A DNA stretch of 62,304 bases, the filler included, from Myxococcota bacterium (GTDB lineage: Bacteria; Myxococcota_C; UBA6777): NCBI GenBank assembly GCA_023150835.1. It is 3 parts of 3 records of this genome, joined end to end, with 100 filler letters (N's around TTAATTAATTAA, not from the genome) between each part and the next. Parts side by side here need not be neighbours in the genome. Positions count along the whole stretch, not along the records: positions 1 to 15,467 come from JAKLKB010000150.1; positions 15,568 to 47,080 come from JAKLKB010000151.1; 1 more part is not named here. The stretch is one strand, 5' to 3'. The position numbers and the translations under genes are program-made. How positions within the stretch are numbered: position 1 is the stretch's first letter; each line of letters starts with the position of its first letter. The notes below the pieces were generated by a model. The model was not told where the DNA came from and searched no databases. It worked only from the letters and a program-made list of their open reading frames with translations. Positions 9,794 through 19,106 of this stretch are shown here, one piece after another.

Positions 9794-10771
9794 ATGTTTG
9801 GTTGGTTACGACGGCTTTTTGGTGGCGCAAAGTCACAAGAGCAAGAGCTTCGCGGGATGTTGCCTCCCTTTCAAGTCGAAGCGATCTCTCGCGAAGAGGT
9901 CAAGGAGATCATCGACTGGGGACTCCAATCGCTCGGCATCCCCGATATATGGAAGATCACACAAGGCGAAGGCATCAAGGTGGCGATCTTGGATACAGGC
10001 GTCGCCACGACGCACCCCGATCTCAAAGATCGCGTGATCGCTACCAAAGATTTTACCAACGACGGCATCGAAGACGCCAACGGACACGGCACACATTGCG
10101 GTGGGATCGTGGCCGCAAGTCAAAATGATCTCGGGGTGGTGGGCGTTGCACCCAAAGCCCAATTAATTATTGGCAAAGTCCTCAACGACGGTGGATACGG
10201 AACGCTCGAATGGATCGCTGCGGGGATGGAATGGGCCGTCGAAGCAGGGGCCGATATCATCTCGATGAGCCTCGGCGCATCCACAGGTTCGGAGCGCCTC
10301 AAACAAGCCACCCAAAAAGTCATCGACCAAGGAAAGATCTTGATCGTTGCCGCTGGAAACTCTGGCGAAGGCGCAGACACCATCAAGTTCCCGGGCGGTT
10401 ATCCCGACGTGATCTGTGTGGGTTCGATCAACCGCGAGATGCGGCGCTCTTCTTTTTCTTCGACAGGGCGCAACCTCAGCATCATGGCCCCCGGTGAAAG
10501 CATCTTGTCGTGTTATCCGCCTGATCAATATGCTCGGCTGTCTGGAACGTCGATGGCAACACCTTTTGTTGCAGGTGTCGCCGCTTTGATCTTGTCCAAA
10601 CACCGCACGCATGGCGGAAAAACACCTTGCGAAAATCAAAAGCAGATGTACGAACACTTGACCAAAGTGGCGGTGGATGCTGAAGATCCCGGCTGGGATA
10701 AGAATACAGGTTGGGGGATCGTCAACCCGAAAAAAAGTATCGAAGAAAAGCACGCCCATCCAAAGCCCTAG
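9794..10771 (+). CDS. S8 subtilisin-like serine peptidase, intracellular type
   Basis: Catalytic triad ILDTG / NGHGTHCGG / SGTSMATP; no signal peptide; LPPF N-terminal motif like the intracellular-subtilisin LIPY/F extension. Confidence 0.93.
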   Translation: MFGWLRRLFGGAKSQEQELRGMLPPFQVEAISREEVKEIIDWGLQSLGIPDIWKITQGEGIKVAILDTGVATTHPDLKDRVIATKDFTNDGIEDANGHGTHCGGIVAASQNDLGVVGVAPKAQLIIGKVLNDGGYGTLEWIAAGMEWAVEAGADIISMSLGASTGSERLKQATQKVIDQGKILIVAAGNSGEGADTIKFPGGYPDVICVGSINREMRRSSFSSTGRNLSIMAPGESILSCYPPDQYARLSGTSMATPFVAGVAALILSKHRTHGGKTPCENQKQMYEHLTKVAVDAEDPGWDKNTGWGIVNPKKSIEEKHAHPKP

Positions 10772-10842
10772 CGTGTTTGCAAAACATTCGCCCGCATCAG
10801 ACAACATACGCCCATCCAAAGTCTTCGCGTGTTCGCAGCACG

Positions 10843-12978
10843 TTAACTTGCGCCGGACGCCAAAGCCCGCTGGAGCATCACACGGATACGCTGGCCTACC
10901 CGAAACGCTTGTTCTGCCGAAGCCTCCCCATCCATCGCCACCACCAACATCCAACGCTGCTCTTGTGGGGCGTAGTAAAACGAGAAATCTTCTTGTCGAT
11001 GCAGCCCTTCCACAACAAATTCCAGTCCTCGTGTGCCATCGCTTGGAGTATGCAGATCGTGAAATGCACGAAGCATCAATCGAAACTGCAAAAAGCCTGT
11101 GTATCCGCTGTTTGTTGCGTGGTTAACCTTCCACGACTGAGCTTCCAGATCGTACAAGCCGATCCCGTGTACTTCCTGAAATGTCCTCTGCATCCGCGTA
11201 AAAAAATCTACCCAAGAAAAAGACGATCGAGGCAAGTGGGCTTGTTTTATCGGCGTCGGCGTAGAAAACAAACGCCCTTTGACTTGGGGAGCCTCCTCAG
11301 CGGAGCGCCCTTTGACTCGCGAAACCTCCTCAAAGGAGCGCCCTTTGACCTGTGAAACCTCCTCAAAGGAGCGCCCTTTGACCTGTGAAACCTCCTCAAA
11401 GGAGCGCCCTTTGACCTGTGAAACCTCCTCAACTGAACGTCCCTTGGCTCGGGGTGCCTCCTCGAACGAGCGCTCTTTGAGACGGGGAACTTCCTCAAAC
11501 GAATATTCCTTTGTTTTCGCCTGAGCGGTCCGGTGAGGGTGGGCTTGTGCGTACACCAACGGTTTTTCGTGGCGTGGGGTAGCGTGCGGATGCCAAGAGG
11601 TTTCTTGCGTGGAATGAGGCGGTTCTGTTGTGTGGCGTGGGGCGGGGGTTTGCGCTGCAAACAAAGACAGATCCGCTGGGGTATGTTTGTGAAACGACGA
11701 AGGCGCGGTGGAGCGGCGATCGGTGGCCTCATCGCGTGGGGGACGCTCGGAGCGCGTGGACTGTGCGTGGAGCCAGTCGGATGCGTTGGGGTGGGCTTGT
11801 GGGGGGGTGGGGGCCTCTGGATGAAGCGGCAGATCGGCTTCTGACAAAGCGCGTTGGAAAGCCTCGAATGATCGAGGGGTGGAGTTTTGAGGAGGCAGAC
11901 GCGCCAAGTCAGAAGGCTTGGGCAAGACAGCGATCGGTTCGGATTGATGACCATTTTGTGGCCTTGGTGTAGGCGCTTCGGGGTGCAATGGGAGTCCAAG
12001 AAAATCTTCGGATTCTTCCAAGTCTTCCCATGCGTTTGGCCTTGCTTGGAGGTCAAGGGCAGCGGCTTCGTCAGGGGTGTTCAGCGTCGGAAGATCCTCG
12101 TGGGTGATCATGCCGTATTGCAAAAACGATCCGAGCAAGGTGCTCCAAAAAGTCCAGACATCCGCAGGGCGGTGCGATGGGGACTTTTCAAGCGCCCACA
12201 ACAGCACACGTTCGATCTCTGGCATGGATTGAAAGATCGGGGCAAATTCCCTTGGCAGCGGCGGTGGAACGTGTACATGGCCCGCCATAATGCTGTAGAT
12301 GCTGTCGCCTTGGAAAGGGGTAAAGCCCGTCAATGCCTCAAAAAGGATCACGCCCAAGGCGTAGATATCACTGGCAGGGCCGATGTTTGGTAGATTTTGC
12401 GCTTGTTCGGGCGACATATACAACGGTGTACCCAACGCATAAGGCTCGATTTCTTGTTTTCTTGGCATTTGAAAAAGATGGGCGATGCCAAAATCTAACA
12501 ACAAGGCTTGGGCTTGGCCTGTTGGGGAATTGGGTTCGGATGCAACCAAAACATTCGCAGGTTTCAGATCGCGGTGGACGATACCTAGTTGATGTAAGTA
12601 AGAGAGCGCATCCACAATACCCGTCACGATCGGCACCAACTGCTTGATGGATGAAAAGCACGAGCTTTTTAACCAGTCGCGTAAACTCGGCCCTTCAGCC
12701 CAAGCCGTGATGAAAAAAGGCCGATCTTCTTTGAGATAGCCTCGATCCAGAAAACGTAAGATATGGGGGTGGTGAAGGCGTTGAAGCAGATTGGATTCTT
12801 CTTCAAAACGCTCTCTCCAGTGCATCGATTGGTTTTTTTCTTCGTTCAATACTTTGATCGCAACAGGCCGCTGGCTTTGGCGCTCGACCCCCCGATACAC
12901 CGAAGACATCGCGCTGTCGTAGATCTTCTCTAAACAAATCCAGCGCTCTCCCAACACTTTTCCTTGTGTTGCTTGCAT
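10843..12978 (-). CDS. Ser/Thr protein kinase (alternative GTG start at 13092)
   Basis: VAIK, HRDLKPANV, LLDFG, GTPLYMSPEQ and DIYALG motifs; degenerate Gly loop; long low-complexity linker. Confidence 0.92.
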   Translation of the reverse strand: MQATQGKVLGERWICLEKIYDSAMSSVYRGVERQSQRPVAIKVLNEEKNQSMHWRERFEEESNLLQRLHHPHILRFLDRGYLKEDRPFFITAWAEGPSLRDWLKSSCFSSIKQLVPIVTGIVDALSYLHQLGIVHRDLKPANVLVASEPNSPTGQAQALLLDFGIAHLFQMPRKQEIEPYALGTPLYMSPEQAQNLPNIGPASDIYALGVILFEALTGFTPFQGDSIYSIMAGHVHVPPPLPREFAPIFQSMPEIERVLLWALEKSPSHRPADVWTFWSTLLGSFLQYGMITHEDLPTLNTPDEAAALDLQARPNAWEDLEESEDFLGLPLHPEAPTPRPQNGHQSEPIAVLPKPSDLARLPPQNSTPRSFEAFQRALSEADLPLHPEAPTPPQAHPNASDWLHAQSTRSERPPRDEATDRRSTAPSSFHKHTPADLSLFAAQTPAPRHTTEPPHSTQETSWHPHATPRHEKPLVYAQAHPHRTAQAKTKEYSFEEVPRLKERSFEEAPRAKGRSVEEVSQVKGRSFEEVSQVKGRSFEEVSQVKGRSFEEVSRVKGRSAEEAPQVKGRLFSTPTPIKQAHLPRSSFSWVDFFTRMQRTFQEVHGIGLYDLEAQSWKVNHATNSGYTGFLQFRLMLRAFHDLHTPSDGTRGLEFVVEGLHRQEDFSFYYAPQEQRWMLVVAMDGEASAEQAFRVGQRIRVMLQRALASGAS
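11273..11503 (-). repeat. 33-bp tandem repeat (7x) encoding S[FVA]EE[VA]xxxK[GE]R
   Basis: gagcgccctttgacctgtgaaacctcctcaaag units read directly. Confidence 0.9.
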
Positions 12979-13177
12979 CGACCACCTGCCTTTCGCTCGC
13001 CCGCTGTGCGGCGCGCACCTCGGCCCAAAAAGAAGCGAGGCTTTAGCGCGCTGCGATGCGCTGACCTTTGCCTTCTTTGCCGTTCCCGCCACATCAAAAC
13101 ATCTTCCTGTTTAGATCGAAACGGAAAGTGCGCCGACTTCTTGAGTGTGTGGCAAAAAAACGGTGGTGTGGTGTGGA

Positions 13178-14176
13178 TTAGAGGAAGGATTCTCCCGCGT
13201 GGAGGGGGCGTTCGAGCAGCTTGGTGGAAGGGAAAAGCTGTTGGGCAAACTGTGTTGCTTTGTCGAGTAGGCGTGTGGCGGCATCGCGCAGGGGACGGGG
13301 GTCTTCTTCTTCTTGAAGCTGATCAAGCAACGCCTGCATCTGTTCGCGTGTATGCTGATCGATCTTTTCGATCAACGCATCATCGGGAGTTTCGCGCCAC
13401 GTCTTGCGCGGCATCTCGATCAGGTTGCCGATCTTGTAGCGAAGTTTGGTCGGTGGAGGCAGTTGAGGCAACGGGCCGATCGAAAGTCCCCACGGGAAAC
13501 ACAGGTAGATCGGGAAGATCTGCGCACGGATCAATCTGGGCAAGCCCATTTTTTCGGCGATGCGTTTGCCCGACGAAAGCACGATCAACGTCTCGTGCGC
13601 TCCCGCGTGTGCGATCGGTCGGATCGGTGCGCCAGATTCCAGCGCAAGCCGCGTATAGCCCTTGCGCCCCGCAAAGTTCACTTTGTAGCGATCCTTGTAT
13701 GGCCGAAAGGTATCGACATCTCCCCCCGGATACAACAACAGATCACGTTGTTCGTCGCGCAAGATCCGAAGCCCCATCTCAAAGTCTGCTCTTAAACCCC
13801 CAAGGCGCGCCAAGCGCTGCGCAAGCGCAGGCAGCGAAAACACCGCATCATGCGCAAGCATGTGGATCGGTCGCGACAGCGACAGATGTCCATACCACGC
13901 AGTCACCCATCCCCACGCATCCAACGTCAACAATCCCCCCGAATGGTTCGATATCGTCAACGCATGGCTTGGCTCTTGTTCGAGCTTTTCCCACCCATCG
14001 ACTTGCAGATCAAAATAACGCCCCGGCCCAAATAGTTTGGAGGTCTTTTCTAACGTGCTTTGCACAAAACGCCCGTCAAAATGCGCGGGATCGTGCCCCC
14101 ATGTCCCTTCCGTCCCTGCCAACTTCTGGCAAAAGGACACAAAAGACGATGTTTGATTTGCTTTGCGCTGCGCCAT
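13178..14176 (-). CDS. Lysophospholipid/PlsC-family acyltransferase
   Basis: SNHSGG acyltransferase motif, YPGG, FAGRKGYTRLALESGAPIRP. Confidence 0.88.
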   Translation of the reverse strand: MAQRKANQTSSFVSFCQKLAGTEGTWGHDPAHFDGRFVQSTLEKTSKLFGPGRYFDLQVDGWEKLEQEPSHALTISNHSGGLLTLDAWGWVTAWYGHLSLSRPIHMLAHDAVFSLPALAQRLARLGGLRADFEMGLRILRDEQRDLLLYPGGDVDTFRPYKDRYKVNFAGRKGYTRLALESGAPIRPIAHAGAHETLIVLSSGKRIAEKMGLPRLIRAQIFPIYLCFPWGLSIGPLPQLPPPTKLRYKIGNLIEMPRKTWRETPDDALIEKIDQHTREQMQALLDQLQEEEDPRPLRDAATRLLDKATQFAQQLFPSTKLLERPLHAGESFL

Positions 14177-14450
14177 CTTTTGGCCTCCACTGTACAGGCA
14201 ACGCTTGCCGTTGCCGTCTTTTCCACGCCGACAACACCCACAGTTGCCGCCTTTTCGATCACACCGCCTGATCCGCCTGTGCAAATAACCTCGAACATCG
14301 CTCGTTTTCGCGGCTGCGTTGTGATCGTCCTTTCACCAATGTGGCTCTTATAGCACAGTGTCGCAAAAAAGAAACTGTCATTTTTCTGTCACCCCTGTTT
14401 TTCCCCTTCCTGCCTGCCCCCACAAGCCCCCGCATCGGTGTTGTTTTTTT

Positions 14451-15218
14451 TCACGGACAGCCTTCATCGACTTTGCCGTCGCAATTGTTGTCGAGTCCGT
14501 CGCAGATCTCAGGGCCTTTGCTGAAGGACAGACATTCGAGTATGCCTTTGGCGCTGTTGCAACTAAGCTTTCCGCTCGCGCACACCCCGGGGAGTCCCGT
14601 AATGCAGTTTTGTCCCTGTTGTGGGATATCTTCGTCGACTTTGCCGTCGCAATCGTTGTCTTGGCCGTCGCACTTTTCGGGCTGTGGCTGTCGTTCGTTG
14701 GCACAAGCGCCCCATTGACCGCCTTCACAGGTCTGTACGCCGTCTCGGCAAGCCCCGATCCGTTGGGTCTGGATCGGCCCTGTATAACAGGGCTTTTGCG
14801 CTCCGTTTGTGCAGACAGGCGGCGGAGGTTCGGGCATCGGTTCGCTCGCAGAGTCGGGCTGGATGGTTTCGATACTTTTTTCGGCGGCTGGTTCAGGCGT
14901 CACTTCCTCGGTGGATTCGGGTGTTGGTTCGGTCGTTGGCTCTGATCCGTCTTGGGCGGTGTGTTCGGTTTTTGCTTCGGAGGTCGTTTCGGTGGCTTCG
15001 TCTGTTCCTTCGGAGGGGAGGGTGTCTTTTTGGATCTCCGCGCTTGGCTCGGTCGGATCGCTTGCGTCGGAGATCTCACAACGGCCTGCGATGCACTTCG
15101 CAGGAGCGGTGCATTGGGCGTCTTGTTGGCATACCAGCGGATCATTGCACGTGCAACGACTCGACCCCACCCCCACAAACAACAAACAAATCCACCACAA
15201 ACGACAAATGCGATCCAT
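14451..15218 (-). CDS. Secreted Cys-rich protein with MopE-related putative metal-binding repeats
   Basis: Two copies of E[KI]CDGxDN[DN]CDGKVDE; Glu/Pro/Thr linker; SD aaaggag. Confidence 0.85.
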   Translation of the reverse strand: MDRICRLWWICLLFVGVGSSRCTCNDPLVCQQDAQCTAPAKCIAGRCEISDASDPTEPSAEIQKDTLPSEGTDEATETTSEAKTEHTAQDGSEPTTEPTPESTEEVTPEPAAEKSIETIQPDSASEPMPEPPPPVCTNGAQKPCYTGPIQTQRIGACRDGVQTCEGGQWGACANERQPQPEKCDGQDNDCDGKVDEDIPQQGQNCITGLPGVCASGKLSCNSAKGILECLSFSKGPEICDGLDNNCDGKVDEGCP

Positions 15219-15231
15219 CTTTTTTTCTCCT

Positions 15232-15316
15232 TTAACGCGGCTTGGTGGGGGCTTCTTTTGTAGGGGCTTCTTTTGTGGGGGCTTCTTTTGTGGGGGCTTC
15301 TTTTGTGGGGCGCTGC
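15232..15316 (-). pseudogene. 3' end of a gene (…QRPTKEAPTKEAPTKEAPTKEAPTKPR*) cut by a MITE; contains a 15-bp repeat x4
   Basis: gggggcttcttttgt x4 at 15247-15310; in-frame TAA at 15232-15234 just before the SD of the next gene. Confidence 0.55.
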
Positions 15317-15467
15317 CCCATAGGCGTTAGGTTAAGGTGGAAACACCGGAGGGTCGAGGATGATCGCCGTTTTGGGTGTTGGCCCCCCCTCAATCCCCCC
15401 GTGAACGGGGGGAAGTTGGAACGGGTAGCGTCTGCGTCTCGTGCATACAGCGTGCGTCACGAAAAAA
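15317..15467. mobile_element. MITE family A copy, truncated by the contig end
   Basis: Starts CCCATAGGCGTTAGGTTAAG, identical to 30838-30857; 15427-15467 nearly matches the reverse complement of 30935-30975. Confidence 0.75.
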
Positions 15468-15567
15468 NNNNNNNNNNNNNNNNNNNNNNNNNNNNNNNNN
15501 NNNNNNNNNNNTTAATTAATTAANNNNNNNNNNNNNNNNNNNNNNNNNNNNNNNNNNNNNNNNNNNN
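15468..15567. other. Artificial contig linker
   Basis: N44-TTAATTAATTAA-N44 (stops in all six frames). Confidence 0.98.
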
Positions 15568-15584
15568 TCCCCAAGGAGCCAAAG

Positions 15585-15821
15585 ATGAGTAGCAAGAAGA
15601 AGCAAGCCCAGCCCGAAGTTGCGGAAAACACAAGCGCAAGTGAAAGCACCGAGCCATCGAGCGGTGTGGTCAACAAAGGCGCTTGGCGCTTGTATGCCCG
15701 TGAAGAAGACGGCACCGAAACACACGTTCTCTCCTTGGGGATCAACGGATGCTTGGTTCGTTCTGGCGGCGCTTTGGCCTCTGTGGGAGCGCCTTACAGC
15801 AAGTTTTTCCCCAACAAGTAA
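15585..15821 (+). CDS. Small hypothetical protein
   Basis: aaggag SD; 78-aa ORF; no recognisable motif. Confidence 0.6.
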   Translation: MSSKKKQAQPEVAENTSASESTEPSSGVVNKGAWRLYAREEDGTETHVLSLGINGCLVRSGGALASVGAPYSKFFPNK

Positions 15822-15884
15822 AGCACACCTCATCCCCCCGAAATCACATCACCTCATATCCCCGAACCCTTGGAGGTTTTCAGC

Positions 15885-16877
15885 ATGTCAACAAAGATGA
15901 CACCAGAACAGATCGATAGTCTGAGACAATCACTCGACGAAAGCATCCAAGCAGTAGAGCGTGGCACCGGAATCGCTATCGCTTACCCGCCACTGCCAAC
16001 ACTTACGCAGCGTCTCAAACACTCGATGTATTCGTTCTTTGGGGCGTTCAACGATCCATTTTTTATGATGATGTTGTTTTTCTGCGTTGGCGCAAGCGCA
16101 GCTTTGACCGAAACATACCGAACGGGCGGGATCGTGTTGCTTTTTTGCTCAACGCTTTTGTTGGCGCACTTTCACTACGCAATGGAGCGAAAAGATCGGC
16201 AGCGGCGGATGCTCTCGGCCTTGGGGGAGGTCGCCGTCATGATCTCGCAAAAGTTTCAGCCGCAAGGATGGCTTGCAAACCAAGTCACCGAGGAGCCAGA
16301 GTCAAAGCAAAAGCCTCCTTTCGGCAAGATCACCTTGATAGCGACCAAGCGACGACTTGCCAGACTCATCCTTTCCAGACTAGCCGATGCCTTGGGTGGG
16401 TTGATGATGCAAAGAAATGGTGGTGAAGTTGAAGCGATCAACGTGAGGAGGCAATCTATCATCTTGATGGAGCGAGCGTTTTGGAAGGTCGCAAACCTTA
16501 TCGATTTCCTCCCCAAAGAGGAGAACGATCTCGATATCGGCGCTGTATCCAAAACATCAGACAAGTCCGAGTATTTGGATTCTGTGATCGATTTCATCTA
16601 CGGCATCCTCGATGAGAGCGGAGCAACCATAAGCATCCGACAAAAAGTGATCGCCCTTTTTTTGGCGCTCCAGATCACTCGAAAGCTCGAATATCTCCCA
16701 CCTTTGGAGCAGACCGAAGAGTGGAAAGCATGGAAAGAACGCAATCGAAAAAAAGCCGAAGGTTGCGAAGGTTGCGAAGGTTGCGAAGGTTGCGAAGGTT
16801 GCGAAGGTTGCGAAGGTTGCGAAGGTTGCGAAGGTTGCGAAGGTTGCGAAGGTTGTCGGGAAAGCGTTGACGTTTGA
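15885..16877 (+). CDS. Hypothetical membrane protein with an (EGC)11 C-terminal tail
   Basis: ggagg SD; two hydrophobic segments; 9-bp repeat tail. Confidence 0.7.
   Translation: MSTKMTPEQIDSLRQSLDESIQAVERGTGIAIAYPPLPTLTQRLKHSMYSFFGAFNDPFFMMMLFFCVGASAALTETYRTGGIVLLFCSTLLLAHFHYAMERKDRQRRMLSALGEVAVMISQKFQPQGWLANQVTEEPESKQKPPFGKITLIATKRRLARLILSRLADALGGLMMQRNGGEVEAINVRRQSIILMERAFWKVANLIDFLPKEENDLDIGAVSKTSDKSEYLDSVIDFIYGILDESGATISIRQKVIALFLALQITRKLEYLPPLEQTEEWKAWKERNRKKAEGCEGCEGCEGCEGCEGCEGCEGCEGCEGCEGCRESVDV
16758..16856 (+). repeat. 9-bp tandem repeat gaaggttgc x11
   Basis: Read directly; the last unit is gaaggttgt. Confidence 0.97.
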
Positions 16878-17047
16878 TCTTGCAGTTTGACCCGCCGACC
16901 CATACCCACACGCCCGACAGGAGGCCGCCTTGACACCCAAAGCATACAAGGTCGAGCGAAAAGCCGAGACCATCGTTGTTTCACTCGGATTCAACAAACG
17001 ATTTGTGTTCCCATACACTTTGAATCGAGAAATTCCAAGCCATCGAA

Positions 17048-17392
17048 TCAAGAAATTCCAAGCAATGCAGCGAGTTTTGCGCGAACATCCTCGACGATCT
17101 CATCGTCCGCTTTTTCGATGAAAGAGGCTTGGCGCACTCTCCAGTCGAGACTCTTGACTTGGTCGGAAAGCACGCATCCTGTGGTTTTCATCCTCGGACT
17201 CAGGAGGACAAGGAAATGGCTTCTCGTTTTTTGGCTTGTGATGGGGCAAACGATCACAAGGCTGCTGAGTTGGTTGTAGCTGGCGGGAGACAACACAAGA
17301 GCAGGACGACGTTTGGCTTGTTCTCGTCCAGCTTGGGGGTTGAAGTCGATAGAAACGATATCTCCGATGTCTGGGATGTAGGGTGTGCTCAA
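17048..17392 (-). CDS. mazF: MazF/PemK endoribonuclease toxin
   Basis: GDIVSIDFNPQAGREQAKRRPALVLS, VCPITS, LSDQVKSLDWRVR; TTG start overlaps the mazE stop. Confidence 0.95.
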   Translation of the reverse strand: MSTPYIPDIGDIVSIDFNPQAGREQAKRRPALVLSPASYNQLSSLVIVCPITSQKTRSHFLVLLSPRMKTTGCVLSDQVKSLDWRVRQASFIEKADDEIVEDVRAKLAALLGIS

Positions 17393-17640
17393 TCGATGAC
17401 CTCCGCCCCCACTTCTTCACCTACGCCGATTTCTTCGTGAAAGTCTTCGGGCGTCAGGCCAGCAAGAAGCTCTTCAAGTATGTAATGTCGGCGTTTTTTG
17501 ACGGGCTTGATCACCAGATTGCCATCTGATATCTCCATCTGCACACTTGTTTTCGCCGAAAGCTCTAGCTCTTTTACGATGTCTGCGGGGATTCTCAGCG
17601 CCAAACTGTTGCCCCACACGGAGATGGACGCTTTGCGCAT
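17389..17640 (-). CDS. mazE: MazE/AbrB-family antitoxin
   Basis: WGNSLALRIP, LVIKP, LEELL, VGAE; SD aaggagg. Confidence 0.95.
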   Translation of the reverse strand: MRKASISVWGNSLALRIPADIVKELELSAKTSVQMEISDGNLVIKPVKKRRHYILEELLAGLTPEDFHEEIGVGEEVGAEVID

Positions 17641-17693
17641 ACGATGCCTCCTTTCCATGTCTTCTTGCTGCTCACAAAACGGCAGAGAAGAAC

Positions 17694-17705
17694 ATGTATA
17701 TACAT
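17694..17705. promoter_or_regulatory. Palindrome ATGTATATACAT, probable MazEF autoregulatory operator
   Basis: Perfect 12-bp palindrome about 55 bp upstream of the mazE start. Confidence 0.55.
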
Positions 17706-17917
17706 CGTATATCCGTTCAAAGTTCTGGCGTCAAACACTTTGTCCGTTAAGTGTGTATTAACGGACTTGACTAGAAGATAGCGGTTTCAACGGTGTGGTG
17801 TAGAAAAAGTAAAGAGAGGATGATGAGCCTTGGTTCTTCGCATTTAGGTTGTGTCTTTGAATTCTAACGGCCTCATAGCGCTCCCCGATCAAAATAAGTA
17901 CAAATACGCAGCAAAGA

Positions 17918-17946
17918 CCTCGGAACATCCGAGGGTTGTTTTTTTT
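17918..17946 (+). terminator. Intrinsic terminator-like hairpin on the + strand
   Basis: CCTCGGA-aca-TCCGAGG followed by GTTGTTTTTTTT. Confidence 0.6.
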
Positions 17947-18073
17947 GACCGCACTTATGGGCAAAGGGGAGCGCTATCAATAGCGCTTTGAAGCCGAACT
18001 ACAAGGATCTTATTACTTTTGGGTTTGTTCGAGTGTGGTAGTGATGGTTTGGTTTGTTGTATGAAAATGTTGG

Positions 18074-18658
18074 TTAAGTGGGGTCGTTGCGTCCATCCCC
18101 ACGAACAAAGTAGCGGAGCAAAACACAACTGAACAGATACCATGCTTTTTGTGTCATGCGTGCTTCAGGAAGCTGCTCTCTCAAAGCGTTTTTGTGGATG
18201 GTTACTGGCATCGTCAGATCTGCTTTGTAGATACCACTTGGTTCCGAACCAGGCCAGGGCGGTAGGTAAAAGCTTTTAAAAGGTTTATATCCTCGAAACT
18301 CATCCAGAGCTTTTTGTGAATTTTCTTTATTTGTCTCTTCTTGTTTGATGATCGGAACGATTTGTGTCCAAGGATTCTTGGATATCTCGCGAGTAAAATC
18401 ACAAGTATTGCCCAGAAGCATCCAACGGTAGATGTTGGGAACCTCTGCCGCGATGATCTCTCCTTCCTCATCAATCAGAGCAATCTCAAGACTCTTGGGG
18501 AGGATTATATCACCTTGACATAGGGTAGGTTGACCATGTTTTGGGGATTCGTAAAAAGATCCAAAAATGCTGCCATCCTCAACCGCTTTGCTAATGCTTG
18601 TATTGAGTTCTTTTGCATCGGTGGGTGGAGGCCAGCGAACAGAGCCTTCTTGAGCCAT
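18074..18658 (-). CDS. Hypothetical protein with QGDI...LLGNTCD motifs (possibly PemK-like fold)
   Basis: TAATG coupling to the upstream gene; AT-rich; fold assignment is inference. Confidence 0.65.
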   Translation of the reverse strand: MAQEGSVRWPPPTDAKELNTSISKAVEDGSIFGSFYESPKHGQPTLCQGDIILPKSLEIALIDEEGEIIAAEVPNIYRWMLLGNTCDFTREISKNPWTQIVPIIKQEETNKENSQKALDEFRGYKPFKSFYLPPWPGSEPSGIYKADLTMPVTIHKNALREQLPEARMTQKAWYLFSCVLLRYFVRGDGRNDPT

Positions 18659-19104
18659 TAGACACTCTTTATCGTTTTTTTCTGGATGATTTTTCTTTTC
18701 TTGATGGGCTTTTCTGTTTGGAAAAGCTCATCAACTAGTTCGTCGGCAGCTTCACTGCCCTCGATTGCGCCAACCATGGCCTGAACCCAAACACCATAGT
18801 CATCAATGCTCAGGTCGCGTTTGGGAAGAAGGTTTGCGTCCAGAACGACAGATAAGATTTTTTTTTGCCGTTTTTTGAGCTTCCCAACGTTCGGAAGTTT
18901 AAGTGAATTAGTCGACTTCATTGCAATTGTTTTTTCTGGGACGATGGAAGTCGTTGTGGTTTGTTCATGGATGGGAGGAACCAAACAAAAAATAATGCAC
19001 CCACTCACGGCTTGAAAAAGCTGTTTATCCAAGGCAAAAGAACTTTTTTGCGTTTCTTTTGAAGAAAGAGAGGATTTGTCGATGGAAAGGGGAAAACTCA
19101 CCAT
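18658..19104 (-). CDS. Hypothetical protein
   Basis: ggag SD; coupled to both neighbours. Confidence 0.6.
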   Translation of the reverse strand: MVSFPLSIDKSSLSSKETQKSSFALDKQLFQAVSGCIIFCLVPPIHEQTTTTSIVPEKTIAMKSTNSLKLPNVGKLKKRQKKILSVVLDANLLPKRDLSIDDYGVWVQAMVGAIEGSEAADELVDELFQTEKPIKKRKIIQKKTIKSV

Positions 19105-19106
19105 TT

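Noticed and set aside
11273-11503. 33-bp repeats as a possible CRISPR array
   Set aside because: No unique spacers; in-frame coding tandem repeat; no cas genes in the window.
15468-15567. TTAATTAATTAA palindrome and apparent linkage of flanking genes (same at 47081-47180)
   Set aside because: Identical N44-flanked six-frame stop linker used to concatenate contigs; not biological.
17742-17987. Retron msr-msd or TnpB omega-RNA interpretation
   Set aside because: No reverse transcriptase or TnpB/IscB gene in the window; only inverted repeats support it.
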